Assembly: GCA_963702435.1 (NCBI GenBank)
Contig: CAVPCR010000004.1
Location: 32,001-96,000 of the forward strand
DNA length: 64,000 nucleotides
Direction: 5' to 3'
From: Candidatus Eiseniibacteriota bacterium
GTDB taxonomy: Bacteria; Eisenbacteria; RBG-16-71-46; CAVPCR01
Every line of letters starts with the position of its first letter. The stretch's first letter is position 1. This document shows positions 50,079 through 59,587 of this stretch, in pieces. The translations under genes and the position numbers were made by a program. The notes beneath the pieces are model-generated. The model was not told where the DNA came from. It worked only from the letters and a program-made list of their open reading frames with translations, and did no database searches.

Positions 50079-51878
50079 ATGGATAAACGGACCCTAACCG
50101 CCTTCGCTCTGGCCGGGATCGTGCTCATCACCTGGAGCATCCTCTTTCCTCCGGCGCGCACGCCGTCGCCGGACGGCGGAGCCTTCGACTCGTCGCTCGT
50201 CCGGGAGCCGTCGACGGCCGAGAGTCGCGAGCCGGAAGGTATGGGGTCCCGCGACCCGGGCGGGATCGAGGCCGGATCGCCGGCGCTTGTGGACGGGAGC
50301 GAAGCGCCGGGCACCCAGGTCGAGGACCCGGCGGCGGCCACCGGGGAGCCGCAATGGGAGCAGGTCCCCTCCGACTCGGTGCGCGTCGAGACGGATCTCT
50401 TGCGCGCGCACATCCACACGCACGGCGGCGGGCTCACGATGGTGGAGCTCAGGCACTATCCGAACGGCTACGAGCCCGGGACCGTCGTCGACCTCGTTCG
50501 CCCCGGCCTCGAAGCGCTCGACGTCGCCCTGGCCTGGGGGAAGCCCGAGACGCGCCGGATGTCGCTTGCCAACGCCCTCTTCGCCGTGGCTCGCGCCGCG
50601 GAGTCCGAGGACGGCGTGCGCACGGAACGCATCACGCTCACCGCGCGCCGGAGCGACGGCCTCGTCGTCACCCGCCGTTACACTTTCCAGGCTGGATCCT
50701 ATGAGGTGGGGCACGAGATCGAAGTGTCCGGGCTCGCGGGAGCGCTCGAGTCTCCGGAGCTCGTCGTCGGATGGCGCTCCGGGATCCCGTACACCGAGGC
50801 CGACCGCGCATCGAACGAGCAGAACTTCGCGAGCCTCGTCCGCGTTGGCGACGAGGTGTCGAGCTGGAACCCCGGCAAGTTCAAGAACGGGCCGCGGGAG
50901 GTCGAGGGCGCCGTGCGCTGGGTGGCCGTGAGCAACAAGTACTTCCTCGCGGCGCTCATGCCGGCGCCAGGAACGGCGGTCGTCGCCGGGGCCGACGGGG
51001 ATGCCTCGTCCTTCCGAAACTCGGTATGGCTCCGGATGCCGGCGGCCGACGTGGCCGGCGCCCGGGTCGATCTCAGGCTCTTTCTCGGACCGAAGGACCT
51101 CGACCGCGTGAAGGCGGTCGATCCGGGGCTGGGCGATGCGGTGAGTCTCGGCTATCGCTGGATGCGTCCGCTGAGCCAGCTCATGCTGGTCGTCCTCAAG
51201 GCGACCTACCGCATCATCCCGAACTACGGGCTCGTCATCATCGTGCTGTCGGTGCTCATCCGGGTCCTCCTCTTCCCGCTCAATCAATCGAGCATGCGCT
51301 CCATGAAGGCGATGCAGCGGGTGCAGCCCGAGATGGAAGCCCTGCGCAAGAAGTACGCCGATCGGCCGCAGGAAATGAACAAGCAGCTCATGCTGCTCTA
51401 CCAGAAGCACAAGGTGAACCCGGTCGGGGGCTGTCTGCCGATCATCGTGCAGATGCCGGTGCTCTTCGCGCTCTACTTCTCGCTCATGTTCGCGATCGAC
51501 CTGAGGATGGCGCCCTTCGTGGGCTGGATCCACGATCTCTCGGCGCCGGACACGGTGGCCCACGTGATGGGCTTCCCGATCCACGTGCTGCCGATCATCA
51601 TGACCATCGTCTCGGTGCTGCAGGCGCGCTCGACCCCCACCGACCCGCGCCAGGCCATGATGACCACGCTCATGCCGATCTTTCTCCTGGTCTTCTTCTA
51701 CAATATGCCTTCGGGACTGGTGCTCTACTGGACCGTGACCAATCTGGGCACCTGGGCGCAGCAGCTCATCGTGAACCGCGGGGATGTCGCGAAGGCGCCG
51801 CAGCCCGGGGCGGCCGACGCGAGCCCCCCGGCGGCGGGAGCACCCGCAGCCCTGGCGCCGGGGCGGAAGGCGGATTAG
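50079..51878 (+). CDS. yidC: Membrane protein insertase YidC
   Basis: NYGLVII, GGCLPIIVQMP, WIHDLSAPD, PSGLVLYW. Confidence 0.97.
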   Translation: MDKRTLTAFALAGIVLITWSILFPPARTPSPDGGAFDSSLVREPSTAESREPEGMGSRDPGGIEAGSPALVDGSEAPGTQVEDPAAATGEPQWEQVPSDSVRVETDLLRAHIHTHGGGLTMVELRHYPNGYEPGTVVDLVRPGLEALDVALAWGKPETRRMSLANALFAVARAAESEDGVRTERITLTARRSDGLVVTRRYTFQAGSYEVGHEIEVSGLAGALESPELVVGWRSGIPYTEADRASNEQNFASLVRVGDEVSSWNPGKFKNGPREVEGAVRWVAVSNKYFLAALMPAPGTAVVAGADGDASSFRNSVWLRMPAADVAGARVDLRLFLGPKDLDRVKAVDPGLGDAVSLGYRWMRPLSQLMLVVLKATYRIIPNYGLVIIVLSVLIRVLLFPLNQSSMRSMKAMQRVQPEMEALRKKYADRPQEMNKQLMLLYQKHKVNPVGGCLPIIVQMPVLFALYFSLMFAIDLRMAPFVGWIHDLSAPDTVAHVMGFPIHVLPIIMTIVSVLQARSTPTDPRQAMMTTLMPIFLLVFFYNMPSGLVLYWTVTNLGTWAQQLIVNRGDVAKAPQPGAADASPPAAGAPAALAPGRKAD

Positions 51879-52003
51879 GTCGGACGGTGGTCGGGTCACG
51901 CGGGGCAGCAGGTTGATGGGCGCGGGGCACACCTCCCCGCGCTGCGGACAGGGGGGCAGCCGGATCGCTCGCGGCTGCGGCGCGCAACAGCAGGGGAGTG
52001 AGC

Positions 52004-53032
52004 ATGCAAGAGCACGATAGCCCACAGGCGGAGTCGGCCGAGGCCGAAGGGAAGACGGTCGACGAGGCGGTCCGCAAGGCTCTCATCGCCACCGGCTGGA
52101 AGCGGGATCAGGTCACCGTGGACGTTCTCGACCATGGTGGGCGCAGCGCCTGGGTGAGCGACAGCGTGGCCCGGGTTCGGCTCCGGCGGGGAACCGCCGA
52201 TGCGTTCGATCTTGCGCGGCAGGTGACCACCGAGCTTCTCCGGCGGATCGGTCTTCCGGCTCAGGTCAAGGTGGAGAAGCGCCCGGACCATCTCCACGTC
52301 CACGTGCAGGGGGAGCGCCTGGACGAAGTGCTCCTGAGCCAGGACGGCGAGCCCCTCGACGCGCTCCAGCACCTCGTCGCGCGCATCGTGTCCAAGCAGA
52401 GCGCGAGTCGCCAAATGGTCAGCGTGGATCTGGGCGGCTACCGCGAGCGGCGAGAGAGGGACCTCCGGGACATGGCTTACCGGCTGGCCGATGAAGTGCG
52501 GGAGACGGGCGAGCAGATCCTGACCGAGCCGATGGGGGCGAGCGAACGTCGGGTGATTCACCTCGCGCTGAACGAGGATCCCGACATCACGACTTTCGCC
52601 ATCGGAGATGGCCTGGTGAAGCAGATCGCGATCGCGCCCATCGATCAGGCCCCCCCACCCGAGCAACGGCGACCGAGCGACCGCCGCGGTCGCGACGGTC
52701 GGGGCGGGCGCGACTCCGGGCGCGGGGATCGAGACCGGGAGCGCGGTCGCGGCCCGGGTGGCGACCGCTATCGCCGGGATCGGGGGCCCGGAGATCGGAG
52801 GCCGGGAGATCGGAGGCCGGGAGACCGCGGGCCAGGTGGTCGCGGGGGGCAAGGGGGAGATCGCGGCCCTGCGGATCGGGGCCCTGCGGATCGGGGCCCA
52901 GCGGATCGGGGGCCCGGGGAACGCGGGCCGGATGATCGCGGACGCGACGAGCGCGGCGGCGGACAGGGATCCGACCGGAGTCGTGGATCGGATCGCGGCG
53001 GCCACGGGCGGGGGCGCGACGACCGGCGATAG
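52004..53032 (+). CDS. jag: Jag/KhpB (EloR) RNA-binding protein with long RG/DR-rich tail
   Basis: EGKTVDEA (Jag_N), KH-like LDALQHL, R3H ERRVIH. Confidence 0.92.
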   Translation: MQEHDSPQAESAEAEGKTVDEAVRKALIATGWKRDQVTVDVLDHGGRSAWVSDSVARVRLRRGTADAFDLARQVTTELLRRIGLPAQVKVEKRPDHLHVHVQGERLDEVLLSQDGEPLDALQHLVARIVSKQSASRQMVSVDLGGYRERRERDLRDMAYRLADEVRETGEQILTEPMGASERRVIHLALNEDPDITTFAIGDGLVKQIAIAPIDQAPPPEQRRPSDRRGRDGRGGRDSGRGDRDRERGRGPGGDRYRRDRGPGDRRPGDRRPGDRGPGGRGGQGGDRGPADRGPADRGPADRGPGERGPDDRGRDERGGGQGSDRSRGSDRGGHGRGRDDRR

Positions 53033-53221
53033 GCGACACCGGCATCGTCGGGCGTTTCCCATGCAGGGTCCGTAGCCCATCCTTCTACCATATCGCCCAA
53101 TTCGCCATGGACGCCGCGACCGAACGGGGCGATAGCCAGCGACCGCTGCCGGGAGTGCCGGCACCCGCTCCCCTCGGGACCGCCGGGAAGCAAGGAGTGC
53201 GCGGAAGCTCGTGAAGTCGCC

Positions 53222-54043
53222 GTGGAGCTGGCCGGGCTCGGCATCACGCTCGACCCGGCCACCGAGGAAGCACTGGCGCTCTACCTGCGGCGCATCAGGC
53301 AGTGGAGCGAGCGCATCAACCTCGTCTCGGCCCACGATGTGGAGCGTCTGGGACGACGGCATCTCCTCGAGAGCTTCAACGTTCTGGCCTGTCCATTCCC
53401 GCTGGCCGGAGCACGGCTGGCCGATGCCGGAAGCGGAGCCGGATTCCCCGGCATCCCACTTGCTTTGATCGAGCCGACACTCGAGGTTCTGCTCATCGAG
53501 TCCGTGCGCAAGAAGGCCGCGTTCTTGTCTCGCATGGTGGCCGACCTCGGGCTTGCTCCATCATCGGAGGCGGTGCCATGGCCGGGGCCGCCGGCGCCAT
53601 CGCCGGGGCCGCCGGCGCCATCGCCGGGGCCGCTGGCGCCATCGCCGGGGCCGCTGGCGCCATCGCCGGGGCCGGAGCACGTCGGATCGGCGAGGGCGAC
53701 GTCCGCCGAGGGTGCCGGTCCTCCCCCGCCGGCCCGAATCATCGTTGCCGCGGAACGAGCCGAGGCGCTGGCTCTGGCGCCGGAGCATCGCTCTCGGTAC
53801 GGGATCGTCACGGTCCGTGGGTTCGGGCCTCTGTCGCGGGCCGTGCGCGAATGCGGGGCATTGCTCGCGCCGGGAGGGTTCCTGGTCGCGTTCAAGGGAA
53901 CCTCACCGGAGCGAGAGGTTCGTGACGCGCTGGGAGCCATGAAGGGACGAGAGATGGCGCTCACCGACATCGCTCCGATGCGGTGGGGCGAAGGGTGCCT
54001 CGTGCTCCTCAGACGCAAGGGAGCGGGCGATTCCAGATCGTGA
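53222..54043 (+). CDS. rsmG: 16S rRNA m7G527 methyltransferase with Pro-rich insertion
   Basis: WSERINLVS, RHLLES, DAGSGAGFPGIPLA, ESVRKKAAFL, ERAE. Confidence 0.93.
   Translation: MELAGLGITLDPATEEALALYLRRIRQWSERINLVSAHDVERLGRRHLLESFNVLACPFPLAGARLADAGSGAGFPGIPLALIEPTLEVLLIESVRKKAAFLSRMVADLGLAPSSEAVPWPGPPAPSPGPPAPSPGPLAPSPGPLAPSPGPEHVGSARATSAEGAGPPPPARIIVAAERAEALALAPEHRSRYGIVTVRGFGPLSRAVRECGALLAPGGFLVAFKGTSPEREVRDALGAMKGREMALTDIAPMRWGEGCLVLLRRKGAGDSRS
53575..53674 (+). repeat. In-frame 21-bp tandem repeat (about 4.8 copies) within rsmG
   Basis: GCCATCGCCGGGGCCGCYGGC units. Confidence 0.9.
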
Positions 54044-54182
54044 GCGAGAGCGCCCGCGTGTCAGGGAGTGGAGGAGAGGCCGGCGATCCCCGGTGATACG
54101 CGCGTTCGGACTGGATCGAGGTGTCGCGGCGCGGCGGCAGCATGAAGCGGGCGGTGTCGCGAACGAAACGAGCTGACGTGGG

Positions 54183-55163
54183 ATGGACGGGAACAGCGAA
54201 CGAGCGGCCGAAGGGGACGCGCCCGCGCAGTCTGCTGATCCTATGAGCGACCACTATGCGGGCATGCCGCCGGAGACCCGGCTCTACAGGCTGCCCGTGG
54301 TTGCACTCGACTTCGAGACGACGGGACTCGCAGCCTATCGGGGCGATGCCATATGCGAGGTCGCCCTCGTCGGCGCGATCGGCGAGCAGGTGGACGTGCT
54401 TCTGACGACGCTCGTCGATCCGGGGCGGCCGCTTTCCGCCAAGACCCGCGAGCTGACCGGGATCGAGGAAGCCGACCTGCACGGCGCTCCGCGACTCCCC
54501 GACGTGCTGCCCGAGATGGCGCGGTTGATCGGGGCCTCCCCTCTCGTCATGCACAACGCGCCATTCGATCTCCACTTTCTCCAGGATGGTCTTACTCAAG
54601 CGGGCCGTCCCTCCTGCAACAACCTGGCGATCGATACGCTCCTCATGGCGCGCTTCCTCGACCGCAGCCGGGAAGGCAATTCGCTCCGACAGACGGCGGA
54701 GAGGTACGGGATTCCCCGAGGTCGAGCTCATCGTGCACTCGATGATGCTCGGGTCACAGCGCTCGCATACCACGCCCTGGTTCCATACCTCGAAGTGCGC
54801 GGCGTGAGCACCGCGGGTGATCTCGTTCGCGGGAGGATGGCAGGGCCGGCGGGCCTGTTCGTCCAGCGCCCCTCCAGCATGCTCCTCGACCTGGCCTCGC
54901 GCGTGGCCGGCACGGGCCGAGTCATTGATGTTCTCTATGCTTCGAGACCCGGAGGGGTGGGTGTTGAACGGCGTTTCAGACCCGATCGTCTCGAAGGTGA
55001 GGGACTCCTGATCGGCTGGGACATGGTTGCTGATGAGGAGCGCACGTACCGCCTGGATCGGATCCTGGTCCTGAGCGATGGGAAGACGACCTATCTCAGC
55101 CCCTGGGTTCTCCCCGAGGATGTTCCAACTCGCCTGCGCCCACAGCCCGTCGATATGTCGTAA
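54183..55163 (+). CDS. DEDDh (DnaQ-like) 3'-5' exonuclease fused to a C-terminal WYL-like domain
   Basis: LDFETTG, HNAPFD, HRALDDA; C-terminal IDVLY...ERRFRP...LIGWD...ERTYRLDRI. Confidence 0.88.
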   Translation: MDGNSERAAEGDAPAQSADPMSDHYAGMPPETRLYRLPVVALDFETTGLAAYRGDAICEVALVGAIGEQVDVLLTTLVDPGRPLSAKTRELTGIEEADLHGAPRLPDVLPEMARLIGASPLVMHNAPFDLHFLQDGLTQAGRPSCNNLAIDTLLMARFLDRSREGNSLRQTAERYGIPRGRAHRALDDARVTALAYHALVPYLEVRGVSTAGDLVRGRMAGPAGLFVQRPSSMLLDLASRVAGTGRVIDVLYASRPGGVGVERRFRPDRLEGEGLLIGWDMVADEERTYRLDRILVLSDGKTTYLSPWVLPEDVPTRLRPQPVDMS

Positions 55164-55335
55164 GTTATTGTAGAATAATCACTTACAAGCCACGATCGAG
55201 CGTCTTCAGCTGGACACTCGCCGGTGGTGGTCCCCGGCCTGCTCGTTCCCTGCCTGCGTAGTCTCCACCCAGGAACGGCGGGCTGAGACGTCGTTGGTCA
55301 GTGCCCCAGATGGAACGCCCGCCCTCTGGGACCGG

Positions 55336-57344
55336 CGTTCCACGTGGAACGTCAATGCCCAGGAGGTTGAGGTCGGTGTTCCACGTGGAACATTCGAGCA
55401 GCCCAGTCTGCATAACAAGCACCGTTCAGCGCGCCCCCCGCCCACGTTCCACGTGGAACGTTCGCGCCTCCACCCTGAGATGCGAGGTTGGTGTTCCACG
55501 TGGAACATCGGGGGACCGAACGCGCGTCGACCGGGGGGAGCCAGGTCCGCGGTCGGTGTTCCACGTGGAACATCGGGGGACCGAACGCGCGTCCCCCCTG
55601 GGGGAGTCAGGTCTGCGGTCGGTGTTCCACGTGGAACACTTGCGCATCTGAGGCCAGGGTGTAGATCAGCCCGCTGAGGATTCGGCTCGGCTTGGAGCCC
55701 GCCCACGTTCCACGTGGAACGTTCGCGCCTCTACCTAGAGAGAGGTTGATGTTCCACGTGGAACGCTCGAGCTGCCCAGTCTGCATAACAAGCACCGTCC
55801 AGCGCCCCCCGCCCACGTTCCACGTGGAACGTTCGCGCCTCCACCTAGAGATGCGAGGTTCATGTTCCACGTGGAACATCAGGGGCCCGAGCCACGGACT
55901 CGGGGAGCCAAGTCTGCGGTCAGTGTTCCACGTGGAACACTGACCGCATCTGAGGCCAGGGTGTAGATCAGCCCGCTGAGGATTCGGCTCGGCTGGGAGC
56001 CCACCCACGTTCCACGTGGAACGTTCGCGCCTCCACCTAGAGATGCGAGGTTGATGTTCCACGTGGAACATCGGGGGCCCGACCCATGGACTCGGGGAGT
56101 CAGGTCTGCGGTCGGTGTTCCACGTGGAACCTCTGCAGGGCAGCGGCCAGGGTGTTGACCAGGCTGCAGGATCGGCTCAGCTTCGAGCACCGCCCACGTT
56201 CCACGTGGAACGTTCGCGCCTCTACCTAGAGAGAGGTTGATGTTCCACGTGGAACGTTCGGGGGACCGAACGCGCGTCAGACCGGGGGGAGCCAGGTCTG
56301 CGGTCGGTCGGTGTTCCTCGTGGAACGCTCGAGCTGCCCAGTCTGCATAACAAGCACCGTCCAGCGCCCCCCGCCCACGTTCCACGTGGAACGTTCGCGC
56401 CTCCACCCAGAGATGAGAGGTTGACGTTCCACGTGGAACATCAGTGGCCCGAGCCACGGACTCGGGGAGCCAAGTCCGCGGTCAGTGTTCCACGTGGAAC
56501 GTTCGGGTGGACCGAACGTGCGTCGACCGGGGGGAGTCAGGTCTGCGGTCGGTGTTCCACGTGGAACGTTCGCGCCTCTACCTAGAGAGAGGTTGATGTT
56601 CCACGTGGAACATCAGGGCCCGACCCATGGACTCGGGGAGTCAGGCCTGCGGTCAGTGTTCCACGTGGAACACTTGCGCATCTGGGGCCAGGGTGTAGAT
56701 CAGCCCACTGAGGATTCGGCTCGGCTTGGAGCCCGCCCACGTTCCAGGTGGAACGTTCGCGCCTCCACCCAGAGATGAGAGGTTGACGTTCCACGTGGAA
56801 CATCAGGGGCCCAAGCCACGGACTCGGGGAGCCAAGTCTGCGGTCAGTGTTCCACGTGGAACGTTCGGGCCTCCATCCAGAGATGCGAGGTTGATGTTCC
56901 ACGTGGAACATTAGGGGCCCGACCCATGGACTCGGCGAGTCAGGTCTGCGATTGGTGTTCCACGTGGAACGCTCGAGGTGCCGCAGCCAGGCAGCAGACC
57001 AGTCTGCAGAACAGGCTTCGCCCAGTGCCCCCCGCCCACGTTCCACGTGGAACGTCGGCGCCTCCACCCGAGGTTGATGTTCCACGTGGAACATCGCGTG
57101 ACCCGACTTCACATCACCGGGAGTCAGGTCTGCGGGCGGGCGGTGTTCCACGTGGAACACTTGCGCATCGGGGGCCAGGGTGCTGATCAGCCCTCGGAGG
57201 ATTCGACTTGGCTTGGAGCCCGCCCACGTTCCACGTGGAACGTTCGCGCCTCCACTCAGAGATGCGAGGTTGACGTTCCACGTGGAACATCACGGGCTCG
57301 ACCCACATCTCGGGAGGAATGCGGCCGGTGTTCCACGTGGAACA
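55336..57344. repeat. parS: parS array: 34 palindromic YGTTCCACGTGGAACR-type sites in 2.0 kb
   Basis: 32 perfect GTTCCACGTGGAAC cores plus 2 single-mismatch copies (56312, 56740); matches the universal parS consensus; directly upstream of parAB. Confidence 0.95.
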
Positions 57345-57599
57345 CTCGCAGCACGGAAGCCGGGTGTAGATCAGCTGTCAGGATAGGACGCTCGCCTCAC
57401 GCCCGCCCACGTGCCCCCCCGAACCAGTCAGACCAATCACCAGACCGGCCATGCAAACCATTACTATAGAATGAGATAGAAATCGAACTGGACCGCCGTT
57501 CCGCAGATGCGCTACAACCTGATCCTGAATCGGCCCGTGCCCCGGCAGGGTGCTTCGCGCATCCTGATCTTCATAACTTGTTGTAAAATAAGAAGATAG

Positions 57600-58382
57600 A
57601 TGGATACCATGAGTGCGCGCCGGGGACGCGTCGTGGCCGTCGCGAATCAAAAGGGCGGAGTCGGCAAGACGACCACGGCGGTGAACCTGGGCGCGTCCCT
57701 GGCCCTTGCCGGCAAACGGGTTCTTCTCGTTGATCTGGATCCGCAAGGGAACGCTTCGAGCGGTCTGGGTCTCAGCCCGGAAACAGAGCCGACGGGAATC
57801 TACGAAGTGCTCATCGACGGCCAGCCCCTCGCTGACGCGCGTATCGCAACCCAGGTGATCGGGCTCGACGCCGTGGTCTCGGGTCAGCGCCTGGGGGGTG
57901 CGGAGGTCGAGCTCGTCGCGATTCCCGAGCGCGAGTTCATTCTCCGGCGCGCCCTCACCGATGTGCGCGGCGAGTACGACTACGTTCTCCTCGATTGCCC
58001 GCCATCGCTCGGCCTCCTTACCGTGAACGGGCTCACGGCCGCCGACTCGGTCATGATTCCGCTCCAGTGTGAGTACTACGCGCTCGAGGGGCTGAGCCAG
58101 CTCCTCAATGCGATCCGACTCGTGCAACAGAACCTCAATCCGGATCTGCGCATCGAGGGCGTCGTGCTGACCATGTACGACGGCCGGCTCAACCTGTCGC
58201 AGCAGATCGTGGAGGAAGCGAGGCGCTTCTTTGCCGAGCGGGTCTACAAGACACTCATCCCGCGTAACGTGCGGCTCAGCGAGGCCCCCAGCTTCGGCAA
58301 GCCGGCTGTGCTCTACGACCGCTATTGCGCCGGGTCGGAAAGCTACCTGAACCTCGCGCAGGAAGTGATCGCCAATGGTTAG
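57600..58382 (+). CDS. parA: Chromosome partitioning ATPase ParA/Soj
   Basis: NQKGGVGKTTT, DLDPQGN, DCPPSLG, QCEYYALEG, IPRNVRLSEAPS. Confidence 0.98.
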   Translation: MDTMSARRGRVVAVANQKGGVGKTTTAVNLGASLALAGKRVLLVDLDPQGNASSGLGLSPETEPTGIYEVLIDGQPLADARIATQVIGLDAVVSGQRLGGAEVELVAIPEREFILRRALTDVRGEYDYVLLDCPPSLGLLTVNGLTAADSVMIPLQCEYYALEGLSQLLNAIRLVQQNLNPDLRIEGVVLTMYDGRLNLSQQIVEEARRFFAERVYKTLIPRNVRLSEAPSFGKPAVLYDRYCAGSESYLNLAQEVIANG

Positions 58383-59568
58383 GAAAGCCCTGGGTCGCGG
58401 CCTCGAGGCCCTCATTCCCAATGCTCGCGAGCTCCTCGACACCTCCGCTCCCGCTGCGCCGGAGGTGGACACGACGACGACCGCGGTGCACGGGACCGGG
58501 GAGACTGTCATCGCCGAGGAGAGCGGCGCGGAGTCCGCTCCGGCCGGGTCGGCGCAGGCCGCGCGACCGGCGCCTCCAGCCGAATCGACCGGGGCTGCGG
58601 CGGAGTCCGCGTCCACGGTCTCCCGACACGCGCCGCCGGCCAGCGCCGCCTACGCCGCCGCCGCTCCTGCCGCCACAGCGGGGCCGCCCGCCGCGCGCAG
58701 CGGGAGTTTCACGCCGGGAGCGGTTCCCGCGTCCTACTCGCCCGGCGGCGCTGCGGATTCGAAGCGCGCATTCGCGTCCGGTCGCGCGAGCGTCGTCATC
58801 GATGTGGCCCTCGATCGGATCAAGCCGAATCCCTATCAGCCGCGCGAGCGCTTCGACGACAACGAGACCGAGGAGCTGGCGACCTCCATTCGCTCGAGAG
58901 GCGTGCTGCAACCCGTTCTTCTCCGGCGGCAGGGCGTGGGATACGAGCTCATCGCCGGGGAGCGCCGCATGCGGGCCGCGCGGCGGGCCGGTCTCAACAG
59001 CATCCCGGCGATCGTGCGCGACGCGTCGGACCGCGAGGTGCTCGAGCTCGCCCTCATCGAGAACGAGCAGCGTGTCGATCTCACGCCCATCGAGTCGGCC
59101 CGGAGCTACGCTCGGGTGCTCGAGGAATTCCAGCTCACGCAAGCCGACCTGGCCGATGTGCTCGGGCGCGACCGCTCGACCGTGAGCAATCTCATCCGCT
59201 TGCTCAAGCTGCCGGAGAAGGTGCAGGCGCTGATCGAGGAGAAGCGTCTGTCGATGGGGCACGCGCGCGCGCTTCTCGGCATCGAGGAGCCGAAGCGCTG
59301 CCTGGCCGTGGCCGAGCGCACGGCGAAACAGGGGCTCTCCGTGCGTGCGGTCGAGCGCATCGCCCAGGCGGCGCCGCGCCGGCGCCCGCAGCGGGTGCAG
59401 CCGCAGGATGCAGAGCTCTTTCCTTTCGAGGAACGGCTGCGGCGCCGCTTCGGCACCCAGGTGCGGATCCACCGGCGGAACGGGCGCGGGCGGATCGAGA
59501 TCGAGTTCTACAACGCCACCGATCTCGAGCGGATTCTCGAGGAGCTGGGCGCGCTGCAGGACGCCTAG
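58375..59568 (+). CDS. parB: ParB/Spo0J CTPase with long low-complexity linker
   Basis: RKALGRGLEALI, PNPYQPR, IAGERR, HTH DRSTVSN, MGHARALL. Confidence 0.97.
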   Translation: MVRKALGRGLEALIPNARELLDTSAPAAPEVDTTTTAVHGTGETVIAEESGAESAPAGSAQAARPAPPAESTGAAAESASTVSRHAPPASAAYAAAAPAATAGPPAARSGSFTPGAVPASYSPGGAADSKRAFASGRASVVIDVALDRIKPNPYQPRERFDDNETEELATSIRSRGVLQPVLLRRQGVGYELIAGERRMRAARRAGLNSIPAIVRDASDREVLELALIENEQRVDLTPIESARSYARVLEEFQLTQADLADVLGRDRSTVSNLIRLLKLPEKVQALIEEKRLSMGHARALLGIEEPKRCLAVAERTAKQGLSVRAVERIAQAAPRRRPQRVQPQDAELFPFEERLRRRFGTQVRIHRRNGRGRIEIEFYNATDLERILEELGALQDA

Positions 59569-59587
59569 CTAGCAGCACCGGGATCCG

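Noticed and set aside
55336..57344. CRISPR array
   Set aside because: The repeat is only 14-16 bp and equals the parS consensus; spacers recur rather than being unique; no cas genes in the window.
55183..57469. ORFs with repeated MFHVEH/VPRGT/CSTWN peptides
   Set aside because: They are translations of the parS palindrome in different frames.
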